Source: a virus. Taken from it: DNA of 64,000 nucleotides. The notes under the pieces are model-generated. The model ran no database searches and was not told the DNA's origin. It was given only the letters and a program-made list of their open reading frames with translations. The stretch lies in the IMG/VR virus record IMGVR_UViG_3300045988_126562. The stretch is one strand, 5' to 3'. The translations under genes were made by a program, and so were the position numbers. This document shows, piece after piece, positions 48,901 to 57,809 of this stretch. The stretch's first letter is position 1; each line of letters opens with the position of its first letter.

Positions 48901-51334
48901 CTCCTCTATTAAGAAGAAATGCCATTTTTTCTACATAATCAGCTGCTCTTTCTCCGTTTATTAACCTTTCATATTCTGACTTAGCCTCATTGTAGGCATC
49001 CATATCTGTCTTACTTGGAGATTCCCCATCTTTAGTACTAGATATTTTGGCTTTGGCTTGGACTAGACTAGTTACTATGTTATTAAAATCAGTAGCTATA
49101 TTTTGTAATATACTATATGATTGATTAGCTAACTCTCTAGCTCTAAAATCACGACCTAATGCGGTATTTAGAATGTTATTTTTATCTACTTTACCTATTT
49201 CAGAATTTATAGCATTATCTATGGAATCTACTATAGATAACATAGTTTTCTTCATTATAGCATCTTGAGAGTCCTCGTAACTATTAGCTTTCTTAAAATA
49301 TGTAGTTCCATCTGGAGCAGTTTCTAATTGGGCAGATAAAGTTTTAGAACCGTAATCAGTATTCTCTATGATTTTCTTTATAGCAGATACTGGATTATTA
49401 GATACGATTTTTATTAAATTGCTTAAATCCTCTTTAGGTAATTCTGATACAGCACTGTTTCCACTAATTAATGATTCCCATTTTCTTATACCAGTAAAAA
49501 CAGCTGAACCCATAGCTCCACCTGCTGCTGACATTAAATACCTTTCTAAAGGATTAGTATTGAAGTAATTATATGTATCAGAACTCTCATGTAGTCCTAG
49601 TTTTTCTAAGGCCGAATTTATTGCAGAAGCTGATATTAAAGCAGCATCTTGTAAAAATTCTTCAGAAGTTTCTTCTATAGATTCTTTAAGCATATCTGCT
49701 TTTAGAGTACTTGGCCCTGTAATAATGTCTTTGAATTTTTTAGCAAATTCAGATCCATATTTTCTTATAGCATTATATGTAACTGATTTTGATTTTTCTT
49801 CAGCTACTTCAGATGCTAGTTTTCCTAAACCTTCAGACATTTCTCCAGCCAGCTTTTTTGTAACTGGTTTTACAGCTGCTCCTAACTCATCAAGACCTAA
49901 TCCTGAAAGAGCTATTTCTCCTAAACTAGTATTAAATAATTTGTTAAATCCATAGGCTGTTCCAAGTAAGCCAATAGCAGTAGTTGTTTCATCAAATCCA
50001 TTTTCTTTAAATGTATCATATACTCCCTGAGATTGAGTAACAACCATATACAATTTTGAGGCATCAGAAGCTCTCTTATTCAGCTGCATCATACTGTTGT
50101 AATTGTCTAATAATCTCTTCTCAGACAATAAACTGGTGGCAGATATATCTCCGTCAGCTAATGCTTTAGATATATTTTTTCCATATTTCTTTAAGTATGA
50201 GTCTCCATGCTCATTTATAAAATCCTTAAGTATTTTAGTATCGGATTTATTCCATTTCAAGAATTTGGGAATTTGAGCTATGGCTCTTTGTTGAAACAGC
50301 TGAGAAGCAACAGAAGATAGCATATTAGTTCCCTGTTCAAAATATCCATTTTCATCAGATGCAGAGCTGTCAAACCTTCTCATGAAAGCGCCATACATAT
50401 TAAATGCATTCCATAATCTGTTATTTGTATAGTTAGGATCAAGCATTTCGGTGCCAGCTTTACCAAATGTAGATAAAGCATCAGATAATAGTACTCCAGC
50501 CATTAAATAGCCGTAAGCTGTATTAACTCCTGGTATCAATAAAGGGGCCATTATAGCAGCTGTTTTGGCTATTTGTCCTCCTATACTTTTACTTACTCCG
50601 TCAGAATCAAATGGATCAAATTTATTCCAAAATGTTCCATCTACAGTTAAAGTATCCCATTGTTTTAGAAAGCTTTTTCCAGAAGCATCTCTGCCCCCTA
50701 GTGTTTCATAATAGAAATTGCCATCCTCGTCTATTTTATGTTCTCCTTTTTTATGTTCTACAGTTTGATTTGTAAATGGGTCTATATGTGTACCGTCTTC
50801 CTCCCAAACAGCTTCTACTAAAGGCTCCAATCCTAAAAAGTCAAATAGACCTCTTTTGTCATCATCGTTAGGGGTATATCCAAGAGATTTTCCAGTTCTC
50901 CAATCTCTTACTTCAGCATTTTGCATAGCTTCTCTCCTACTAAGAGATCCCTCGGTAGTTCTGAATATGCCAGAAAGTCCTTGTTTATATTGTGTAGGAT
51001 TAGCTACTTTTTTTAAATAAACCTCACCAGTAAGTCTATTCCTCTTTCTCATATCATCTAAATCATAGTCCTTTGCAAATGCTTGAAGTTCCTGATCCTG
51101 CATTACATAGTTACTGTACATTTTAGATACATTTTTATAAAACTTGTCAAAATTAGACTCATTAAATGTTCCATTGCTGTCAGTAAACATCTGCTTTATC
51201 TCTGGTATATCTTTATAATAATCCGCCTCTTTAAGAGTTAGGCTTGATTCTGTAATACCAGCTAAAGCCAAATCTTCATTGCTTTTTTCTGGATTGTGTA
51301 TAACTAAATCAAGCCAATCTATATTTTCATTCAT
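42953..51334 (-). CDS. Giant protein with central SF1 (RecD/AAA_30-type) helicase core
   Basis: 2793 aa. Walker A GDPGSGKTT (46709-46735, aa 1534-1542), Walker B VYVFIDEYTHF, LGDTKQ, DDVQGSEFKYVVVDV (45848-45892) and FYTHITRS. A hydrophobic segment lies near aa 262-300. Confidence 0.7.
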   Translation of the reverse strand: MNENIDWLDLVIHNPEKSNEDLALAGITESSLTLKEADYYKDIPEIKQMFTDSNGTFNESNFDKFYKNVSKMYSNYVMQDQELQAFAKDYDLDDMRKRNRLTGEVYLKKVANPTQYKQGLSGIFRTTEGSLSRREAMQNAEVRDWRTGKSLGYTPNDDDKRGLFDFLGLEPLVEAVWEEDGTHIDPFTNQTVEHKKGEHKIDEDGNFYYETLGGRDASGKSFLKQWDTLTVDGTFWNKFDPFDSDGVSKSIGGQIAKTAAIMAPLLIPGVNTAYGYLMAGVLLSDALSTFGKAGTEMLDPNYTNNRLWNAFNMYGAFMRRFDSSASDENGYFEQGTNMLSSVASQLFQQRAIAQIPKFLKWNKSDTKILKDFINEHGDSYLKKYGKNISKALADGDISATSLLSEKRLLDNYNSMMQLNKRASDASKLYMVVTQSQGVYDTFKENGFDETTTAIGLLGTAYGFNKLFNTSLGEIALSGLGLDELGAAVKPVTKKLAGEMSEGLGKLASEVAEEKSKSVTYNAIRKYGSEFAKKFKDIITGPSTLKADMLKESIEETSEEFLQDAALISASAINSALEKLGLHESSDTYNYFNTNPLERYLMSAAGGAMGSAVFTGIRKWESLISGNSAVSELPKEDLSNLIKIVSNNPVSAIKKIIENTDYGSKTLSAQLETAPDGTTYFKKANSYEDSQDAIMKKTMLSIVDSIDNAINSEIGKVDKNNILNTALGRDFRARELANQSYSILQNIATDFNNIVTSLVQAKAKISSTKDGESPSKTDMDAYNEAKSEYERLINGERAADYVEKMAFLLNRGVSGAFKNDLDIYTFAMSRGKNYATMSPEEQEELNNLYKVKISNDANKEDTAFNTFKFFRDKVLSDIQNISLQSENLQNRKVYQDSLDKIQEDLIKTYLPKEKIESFKSALESARDANLDAFIESNNLDKNNELETEEQKRIAADLFIQDELINWTENELNKVGALTSNVSLGVDTTLLAAPESTLLRYSELLSNIIASNSTIDSEVVDKLKRTFDYFNKFNFNDYSGTILERIKLELESGQTLTLDSFKSPTILEKFPQFNDGSGIVDITKNPDGTYNLMDENAEEPIEEIGVQLSDLDLKSIINDVFSGSVDSSTKIIGGLLPDNDYQGYNSKSGSMSKIIEEVLMSSLELNPNISILQEVASSLNQVKEKTVSDSPLRKMLETLSKELTGENVFSIINEEEKVFGSLNNLADYSIKNRITEGQLRAALGVISMAKSILKYSEGDNESEFGSMIDIVNNARKKSNLPEIPIVDSNAAIIWMKDLNRLSGDISYLLDLSSNNTVSKLKESSISLARNEANIIYALSDTEENKSIFGGVLEVNGNPFFDFKFTDSEQFFSNLSKNNFKDADDENTLARIDSIFTEMQEYYYNKFNNLSAEAKNELIDSIASIKGNGKVGLDYLKNFETKINRNSTIDDMSPEFIGNFLMSIFSINQKDLKKRFLKVLDGDNVYAPFFGQYLSISMAMAMEENPDLINKFIDRKSELNERELGNILFKNITIINGDPGSGKTTSVAYFIKQLIKEKNPDAKIIAAAPNSDQADKLSSLLGEAKGYSKSDLFNEVLTNKGKEFYDKITASYGNRTYGNGLILNPIPNINELVHQYKEPVYVFIDEYTHFSSYEMDLLTKIPNLRIVGLGDTKQEGFKVDGSPNYVSGIVYSAPSLMMSVRAANGHKQDNLSILSTILRTSLEDINNSRLAKINVNLSDRYQILSKETYLKYYEGNNKLQGDKTVNSISEPEIRNLISSLGEKEKITLITNKSKSSTLDLFQRLIEEFPDKINIKQADDVQGSEFKYVVVDVKYDKVRGSNDTQINDSFLGTLRAFYTHITRSSDGSIIIMEGNNVPIAGSIRMGYSSDSGLQQSDINNYKEVISSIYKRSTNSNTETINSDLEKMEANELDKPKNITAIEKNLVEREKEVTKEDDTPEFKKENLAIYFSSKHIGLSRTGENTFIPNSNREDLNLVLTSPMSKDEIISTPEYKAWSIMKRFSYAEDKENFLRQLKEGTNYINVFSKFTELLTGDRNNFLGMMDILEKGQLKLKISKLNADTDYQLDNLNYNRTSKNFSRIVLQLTGLDGQTYDITVADISENSNVGNSEFKKLINGDYPNPKYLNLNFDNIQVRGLISSSETNEYGLTLEKLQSLNPELTISNIYFESEGSFKGTPYVLVSDTPGITESEMLNSYGSEIFDIQKRKVSIIPYSYNDFFSQLNTLLESSKNHKTDYFKLRKFVPTALAPRLIASMYKLQYLLENENALNEYNKSIEEYNKEAEEFNKEADKIGGTYRKIIKKPLESTKENNRLLRSILALFAEKIPAESKEMVISEASLTNYQRAINKADIPALDQLLDEISIPKFNDLEIKFINKFKDRKLITLFKELSNPESSLYKDSNLISPNPNITGEQALSEKAQTMFESLSKISDTFSGRTLESVSDLFSSNLLFYTIKDLKLVEFFSKLEGEKQDLFRTSLEASGLFDNGILTQGRDVEAKYIEGYIKAAATKDKVYMYRQVLPRRAFIPYSSIEVNSNTNELNTDIQELYSKKLDELKANIDPELISQFNEITSKFQIEQSWTNDVLNENLNTYINNNYQRIKKLVWDSSPKLVSLQWKNNQLSSIRTDLNKNFLLNSSINPDILNSLADDNLNFVYQDDSIMIKSENGGIAIKINLDKTGNIRLSKTILSETNATVPITDSTKNITTSDLDKLLQKSFKTTITEDVSNLILTVNSTPNINDKVELLTEYIRKITDKKVGPKGKRAIENLFNKDNKSKC

Positions 51335-53208
51335 TAATAACCACTTAGTTTTATGTCATTCTTCCTTAAATCTAAGTCCATATTTAGTGCTGAGTTCATA
51401 CTCTTGGGAACATTAATTCCAGATAAATAAGACTGAGATGTTCTAATATCTGAAGCCTCTATAAAGAATGTTCCAGAATAAATATTATCTCCATGACCAA
51501 ACCATAGGAAAGTGTCGTTGTCTACTTCATTTTCTCCATCTTTACCTGAAATTAACTTGTTCATATAAGCATTTATTTGATCATAATTATTAGTTTCTTC
51601 AACATATGGATTATCTTCTCCAAATTTTATCTTAGAAGCTCCTCCATCTGCTGCTATAGCATTTACCATATAATATGGCCTTACCAAGCCATTTTGAACT
51701 AATAATCTAGGATTATCATATATTCCGTAATAATCTTCAGCTCCATGCCTTTTATATATTTCTCTCTGGTCTTTTTCTGGAACTACAGCTCTGCCACCAC
51801 TTCTCTTGATTTCTTTCTCAGCATCTTCTATACCTTTCAGTGCTTCTAAATCTGGTTTAGTAGAACCGTCAGGAAGTGTTTTAACTGGTAAATAAGCACC
51901 AACAACCTCTCCTCCCTGGAATCCTATTCTATCCAAATCCATAGGATCAACTTTTTTATTACCAAACCACATAGAATTTTTGTATCCAGTAGATAGAGTA
52001 CTATCCTCTATTACCTTATCCATTCTAGATTGACCTACAGTTTTTGTTCCATCATAAGTCTTTAAAGCCGGAAGAACTATAGCAGGAGTTTGGAAAGTAT
52101 ATGTACCTCCTGTGTTTATTTGGTAAAGTCTGGTGTTATCAGGAGAATTGAATCCATCCCATATTTCTCTATCTTGAGTTACATCTATAGTAGATTTTCC
52201 GTCTCCTTCTGATTTATCCTTGGATAAGGTAGACTCATAATCCACTTTAAAAGAATTTTTAGAGTCTATTTTAGACTTAATTAAACTAGTTAGAACTTGT
52301 CTAGATCCTTCATTAGGATCTAATCCATTTATTGCTGCTTTAGCCCTAATGTAATTTTTAGCGTTTTCTGGTAATGTAGAATATAAATAATCTAATGCAG
52401 CAGTAGCCTGTTCAACATTAGATTCCTCCTCTCTAGATATTTTATACACACCATCAGAAGTTATAGCAGCTCTTACTCTGGGATTGTCTATTAGCTGATT
52501 CATTCCATTCATTAATTTCTCCCCTCTAGAAGATACATATTCTGAGGAAGATGATATAGATTTACCTAAATCGGATATAACTAAGTTTATGTACTTTTGA
52601 ATATCTTCTTGCCCTATACCATTATTCAATACATTAAATATGTCACTATTAAAAGCTAAGTTGGGATTAATAGCTCTTAAATGAGCTAAATCTCCGTTAG
52701 TAACAGCTTTATATAGCCCTTGATTGGAATAATATTCATCAGGAGAAACCTGTGATAATTCACCAGTTTCCATATTTTGTACTACCATTCTACCAACATT
52801 AGAAATGGCTACATCAGATAATCCCCCATTTTCTGTTAATCTTTTTATATTAGAATCATATAATTCTTTGTTATATTTTATTTTGTTTATGTTACTTATA
52901 ATACCTAAATACTGACTACTAAGCAAAGACGGATCAATACTTCCACTCATTCTAAATGTAGGATCATTATATAATTGATTCATTGATTTAGTAAATGCTT
53001 CTACATCGCTCGGTAATCCTTGTTCCATTAGAAGTTTAACCATTTCTTTGGATAATAAACCATCATCATTTTGTCCAGATGATTTAGAAGATCCAGTGGT
53101 ATCTTCAGTTGATGGAGCTACTGGAGTTGTAGGTATAGGAGACCAACTTACAAAAGGAGGAGCAGCTCCTCCTTGTTGTAGTTTGGGTATATTAGTATGT
53201 ATTTTCAT
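51334..53208 (-). CDS. Putative virion cargo protein
   Basis: 624 aa. The N-terminus MKIHTNIPKLQQGGAAPP is paralogous to the N-terminus of the 108-aa protein. It is coupled to both neighbours (TAATG and ATGA overlaps). Confidence 0.4.
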   Translation of the reverse strand: MKIHTNIPKLQQGGAAPPFVSWSPIPTTPVAPSTEDTTGSSKSSGQNDDGLLSKEMVKLLMEQGLPSDVEAFTKSMNQLYNDPTFRMSGSIDPSLLSSQYLGIISNINKIKYNKELYDSNIKRLTENGGLSDVAISNVGRMVVQNMETGELSQVSPDEYYSNQGLYKAVTNGDLAHLRAINPNLAFNSDIFNVLNNGIGQEDIQKYINLVISDLGKSISSSSEYVSSRGEKLMNGMNQLIDNPRVRAAITSDGVYKISREEESNVEQATAALDYLYSTLPENAKNYIRAKAAINGLDPNEGSRQVLTSLIKSKIDSKNSFKVDYESTLSKDKSEGDGKSTIDVTQDREIWDGFNSPDNTRLYQINTGGTYTFQTPAIVLPALKTYDGTKTVGQSRMDKVIEDSTLSTGYKNSMWFGNKKVDPMDLDRIGFQGGEVVGAYLPVKTLPDGSTKPDLEALKGIEDAEKEIKRSGGRAVVPEKDQREIYKRHGAEDYYGIYDNPRLLVQNGLVRPYYMVNAIAADGGASKIKFGEDNPYVEETNNYDQINAYMNKLISGKDGENEVDNDTFLWFGHGDNIYSGTFFIEASDIRTSQSYLSGINVPKSMNSALNMDLDLRKNDIKLSGY

Positions 53209-56200
53209 AAAGTCATAGATTTTATTATAAGCTCCTTAGTAAGTCCAGACAGGGACATAATAAGTTTGTTATTTTCTTTTTGAGAGTCAGATATCATTTT
53301 ATGAAATAGTTTGCGATCATTGATAAGACTTTTATTAAAATCCTTAGTTCTCTCCAACATAGATTTTTCTTTATATGTTAGATGCCCTCCAGACTTATAT
53401 ACAAATAAAAAAGGACTATATTTGTATGTATTTCTCCTAGCCGTTATCATTCCAGTTCTGTATCTATCCATTGCTTTTGAAGCAGCAGTATTATATGCCT
53501 TCATAGCAGATACATATTCTGGAGAGGTTGCCCATCCAGTTTCATTATTTCCTTCCTTAGCTAAATATGCAGCTTTGCTGTTATTCAGAGCTGTTTGAGC
53601 TGATCTTAAAGCATTTTCATACTCTGTTCCTCTTGCATATTGACTTTCCTGATAATCTAACTCATTGTTTAGTTTCCTATTTTCTGCTATTTTCATCTCT
53701 TTATCCATCAACCACGGAGCTATAGCTTGCTGCCAATTGGCCGATCTGCGTTGGGCTTCTATATTAGCTTTAGCTTGCTTAATTCCTAACATTGAAGCTC
53801 TATTTCTATTAGAAACATCTACTCTAGCAGCAGCATTTTGTTCAGCAGCTTGTCTAGCTTCTGCTGTGGATTTGTCAATAGCTTGTTTGTCAGCAAAATA
53901 ACCTTTAGTTCTATATTCTCCTGCTCTATTATTAAAATCTAAAGCTTGTCCTAGAGCTAAATTAGCATCAGAAGTTATAGGTCTAGATCCCAATCTATTG
54001 GCTTCTGCTCCTAAATTTTCCATATAATTTCTGGTAACTAAATCACCCACTACTTGTCTTCTTATTTGTAAAGGGTCTAGTAGTAATGGAGATAAGGAGT
54101 TTTTTAATCCTCTAGCTATAGCATTATTAGTAGCTATTGTTCCTAATAATCTTCCAGTACCTATTACATCATCCCATCTTATAGATGCAGTATTTCTTTT
54201 CTTAGGGCCTATTAATCCGGGACTACCAGTATTTGGACTAATACCAGTTAATTCTTGAGTTATCTGGGCTGGGGTTGTTCCTTTTAACTCTGGTTCCTCT
54301 TCTTCTATTGTTCCTATGTAAGGATTTACACCCTTGTCAGGTGAGGAGGGATTAAGTTCCCTTAATTTATAATAATTATCAGCTTCATCCAAGTAAAAAT
54401 CAAGACCTATTCCTTTATAGTCATTTATCATTTTTTGAAGCTGAGATTCATTGTAGTCTCCCTTTCTTCCTAGAAGTCTTCTATCATCAGTTATTCCACT
54501 ATATAATCCATCTGCCACAAATGATTTAGTTGGATTATCACCTGAGTATGCTTTGTTAGATACATTATATCTTCCGCTTGTAAATGCATTATTTATACCT
54601 ATAGTATTTCCAAAACCTCCTCCAAAATTATTAAATACTTCTTGATAATTTCTTACAGAATCACTTTTATATGGATTAGATAAGAAATTTTTCCCTGCCA
54701 TACTATATAATCTAGCATGGTCTGACTGCATATTATTAATATCTTGGTAACTTATTTTTCCAAGCTTCAAAGCATCTATCAAACTTCTATGAGTAGGAGA
54801 ATAATAATTATCATACCAAGTAGTATTTGGATTAAATTGAACCCCAGACATTCCAGTGCCCTGTTGATATTTAAATATTGTTCCTCCTTCTTGTTTTTTA
54901 TTTACATATCCCTTATTATCATTTTTTCTTTTGGGAGTTGAGGTTTTCTTCTGCTTTTTAGGTAAATTGTTATTCTTTCTATGAGAGTTATTTCCAACAT
55001 TAAGAGATTTTAATAATTGATCTTGAAATTGGTAGTATGTGTTTTCTGTATTTTTCTTATTTGGAATATAAGATACCTCAGTAGAGGTAATTGGTTTCCA
55101 AGGATTACTGTATTTGTCGAAATCAAATGCATCTGCCGATCTCCACCAATCTTCATAGTTTTTCCTATTCAGTTCTCTGTTAGTTATGGTTCCAGTTTCA
55201 GGAAGAGCTAATTGAGGCGATTTAGATCTTTTAGCTGCTTCTCTATAGACTCTACCACTATATAAAGTAGGTTCTAAGGACCCTTCTCCTACTCTTTCAT
55301 AGGAAATCCTTTCTTTAGAAGGCATAGGAATTTTGGATTCTGATTTAGTCGAATTATTTTTTAATTTATATTCAGCATCCCTTCTTCTACTTGGAGCTGG
55401 AAGAGCTAATTGAGAAGTACTTCCTACTTGTCCCACAACTTTACCAGCCATTTGAATGCGGGCTAAATTATCTGCAATAGCATTTATATTATTTTGAGCT
55501 TCTTCAGATAGAGGAGCTTCTGATTTAACTTTACTTGGTTCTCCAGTGTCAGATTTTTGCTTAGCTCTTCTAGAAGCTATAGGATGTACTATTTTGTTAT
55601 AGGCATTTCTAACATTAGGACTTCCAGGTATACGTATATTTGGTAATTGAGCATTTCCTAACCATCTTTCTGCTGGACCAAAATTATGAACTAATTTTAA
55701 GTCTCCAGAATAAGTTATAGCTGGCTTATTAAAGTCATATAGATCAGTAGTCTTTATATCAGATTTACCTTTGCCCTTACCTCTCCAATTTGAGCTTTCT
55801 GTAAGGGTAATTCCTGTATCCTTTAATAATTCATTTTGTGTTTTTAAGTCAGGAGCCTCTGCTACTTTTTGAGCTAAATTTTTGTCTATAGATCTCCATC
55901 CCTGATCAGTTTTCATCCATACCTTATCTGTTGATTTTACAGATTGTATATTTGAATTAGCTTTGGAAGCTCTATGTACAGCTGCTGTACCTCCTGCTAC
56001 TAATTGTAAAGAATTTAAAATATTTCTCCAATCATTAACTGATAATGATTCCCCTTTACTTATTTTATTCCAAGAACTTAGATATTGATCAGAATTAGCT
56101 AATCCTTGAGCAGTAGCAATTAATCCTACCATTTTGGGAGCAAATTTGCCAACTGCCTTAATCATCTTGGGAACTTTAGCTGCTTTAGCAAATGGAATTA

Positions 56201-57758
56201 AAGATAGAGCATCTAGTCCATAACTGCCAAGATTATTGGATAGGGATTCTAAAAATGACATTCCCTCCATCATATCAGCAGTTTGATTTAAGGCGGTAGA
56301 TGTAGCTCCAATTCCAGCAGATGCTACTGAACCAACTCCAGACATACTAGCTATTAAGCTAGCTATATCTCCAGCTATGGCCCCCATTCTTACTTTGTCA
56401 GCTCTAGAGAACTCTGTATGAGTATCGCTAGAGTTTTCAAATCCAGTAGTAGCTTTACTAAGTTGCTTTTCTTCCCTAGCTCTTTGTTCTACGGCTTCTT
56501 GAGCTATTTTTCTGTTAGCACTTCTTATTTTTTCTGTGTTATCAACATACCATCCCTCTTGAGCTTTTATTATGTTACCTCCATTCTTATATTCCCAAGG
56601 TTTCTTCATCCCTAAAGACCTTTCTATATTATATATAAGTTTTTGCCTACCTTTTTCGAAAGTAGACATAGGAACCTTTTCTATAACGTTGGTATTCCTA
56701 TTAAACCTAAATATAGAACCTTCATTATCATTTGCTGATTCTGGTAAGTAGTAATAGTTATTTTCATAGAATCCCTGATCTTCTAGGTCTTTTATTTTTT
56801 CTTTAGAAAAGTATCCCCAGAACCTATTAGAAAATGAATTAGAATCGTTAGAATAGTTTTGACTATTCCAATTTGCCCAATTTACTGGATTTCTTCTAGA
56901 AAACTCATCTATACTGGAATATCCTTCTAAATTAAAATTGGGATTTATTAGTTTACTACTAAAGTAAAAGGAATCTCCAGATTCTCTATTAGCTTTAATA
57001 GCTTCTTCTACTCTTTCTTCCAAGCTTTCCTTTTCAGATTTAGGAGTAGTGCCATAATTTTTATCAAAATATTGCCTAAAATCTCCTAGTCTAGAACCCA
57101 GTATTAGATCATTAGAATTATCATTATCATTAAAAGCATTAAAAAAGTCAGAAAATCTTGACTCATAATCTTCTTTATTAGACCAATTACCAGATTTAAA
57201 TCTATCATACTCTGATTTTACTACTTTTAATACATTATCTCTAGCTTGATCATAATTCCACCTTGTGGGGTCAAAAGTAGAACTATTGAAGTAGTACTTG
57301 TTTATTATATCTGGAGAAAAAGAATATTCTTTAGGTTTTTCTTGCGTTTCTTTCTTTTCAACTGGTGCAGTATAAATTGAAACTCCCTTGAATATATTAT
57401 CCAGTATACCGTAAGCATTATTCTTGTAAAAATCTTCATCCTTTTTATATTTCCCAGTCCATTTAGTCTTATTTACTCCTGTACTAGCTAGACTAGGATC
57501 TCCAAATATCTGAAATCTACCAGAAGCATCTCTTCCTTTTATAGACCCGGATTTTATTCCAGACATTATTTTATATGTATAGTCCCTAATAATTTGTTTG
57601 TCTGAACTATCTAAATCCAGTGAATTTAATTCATCGTCTATTTGTTGTGCATAAGCTCTATTAAGATCATCAAAATTATAATCACCTATACCCTCATGAT
57701 GAAATAATATTGGTTTATTAATAGAATTTCCGTTAGCATACTTTCTTACTTGTGCCAT
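53205..57758 (-). CDS. Putative ejection/tape-measure-like internal protein
   Basis: 1517 aa with a Gly/Ala/Ser-rich hydrophobic block (MGAIAGDIASLIASMSGVGSVASAGIGATS..., about 56079-56396). It also has C-terminal coiled coils and internal KNGG/KAQEGW (56550-56588) and KKQEGG (54882-54899) motifs. Confidence 0.4.
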   Translation of the reverse strand: MAQVRKYANGNSINKPILFHHEGIGDYNFDDLNRAYAQQIDDELNSLDLDSSDKQIIRDYTYKIMSGIKSGSIKGRDASGRFQIFGDPSLASTGVNKTKWTGKYKKDEDFYKNNAYGILDNIFKGVSIYTAPVEKKETQEKPKEYSFSPDIINKYYFNSSTFDPTRWNYDQARDNVLKVVKSEYDRFKSGNWSNKEDYESRFSDFFNAFNDNDNSNDLILGSRLGDFRQYFDKNYGTTPKSEKESLEERVEEAIKANRESGDSFYFSSKLINPNFNLEGYSSIDEFSRRNPVNWANWNSQNYSNDSNSFSNRFWGYFSKEKIKDLEDQGFYENNYYYLPESANDNEGSIFRFNRNTNVIEKVPMSTFEKGRQKLIYNIERSLGMKKPWEYKNGGNIIKAQEGWYVDNTEKIRSANRKIAQEAVEQRAREEKQLSKATTGFENSSDTHTEFSRADKVRMGAIAGDIASLIASMSGVGSVASAGIGATSTALNQTADMMEGMSFLESLSNNLGSYGLDALSLIPFAKAAKVPKMIKAVGKFAPKMVGLIATAQGLANSDQYLSSWNKISKGESLSVNDWRNILNSLQLVAGGTAAVHRASKANSNIQSVKSTDKVWMKTDQGWRSIDKNLAQKVAEAPDLKTQNELLKDTGITLTESSNWRGKGKGKSDIKTTDLYDFNKPAITYSGDLKLVHNFGPAERWLGNAQLPNIRIPGSPNVRNAYNKIVHPIASRRAKQKSDTGEPSKVKSEAPLSEEAQNNINAIADNLARIQMAGKVVGQVGSTSQLALPAPSRRRDAEYKLKNNSTKSESKIPMPSKERISYERVGEGSLEPTLYSGRVYREAAKRSKSPQLALPETGTITNRELNRKNYEDWWRSADAFDFDKYSNPWKPITSTEVSYIPNKKNTENTYYQFQDQLLKSLNVGNNSHRKNNNLPKKQKKTSTPKRKNDNKGYVNKKQEGGTIFKYQQGTGMSGVQFNPNTTWYDNYYSPTHRSLIDALKLGKISYQDINNMQSDHARLYSMAGKNFLSNPYKSDSVRNYQEVFNNFGGGFGNTIGINNAFTSGRYNVSNKAYSGDNPTKSFVADGLYSGITDDRRLLGRKGDYNESQLQKMINDYKGIGLDFYLDEADNYYKLRELNPSSPDKGVNPYIGTIEEEEPELKGTTPAQITQELTGISPNTGSPGLIGPKKRNTASIRWDDVIGTGRLLGTIATNNAIARGLKNSLSPLLLDPLQIRRQVVGDLVTRNYMENLGAEANRLGSRPITSDANLALGQALDFNNRAGEYRTKGYFADKQAIDKSTAEARQAAEQNAAARVDVSNRNRASMLGIKQAKANIEAQRRSANWQQAIAPWLMDKEMKIAENRKLNNELDYQESQYARGTEYENALRSAQTALNNSKAAYLAKEGNNETGWATSPEYVSAMKAYNTAASKAMDRYRTGMITARRNTYKYSPFLFVYKSGGHLTYKEKSMLERTKDFNKSLINDRKLFHKMISDSQKENNKLIMSLSGLTKELIIKSMTL

Positions 57759-57769
57759 ATACTTGAAAT

Positions 57770-57804
57770 AAAAAAGGAGTATGTAACGAAATCACACACT
57801 CCTT
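57770..57804 (-). terminator. Hairpin plus U-run between the 108-aa gene and the 1517-aa gene (possible attenuator)
   Basis: On the minus strand: AAGGAGT (57804-57798), a 17-nt loop, ACTCCTT (57780-57774), then TTTTATTT. Confidence 0.4.
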
Positions 57805-57809
57805 ATAAA

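Noticed and set aside
57774-57780. AAGGAG-like sequence as a Shine-Dalgarno site for the 1517-aa gene
   Set aside because: It forms one arm of the hairpin at 57774-57804, and Bacteroidota generally do not rely on Shine-Dalgarno pairing. It is interpreted as part of a terminator/attenuator instead.
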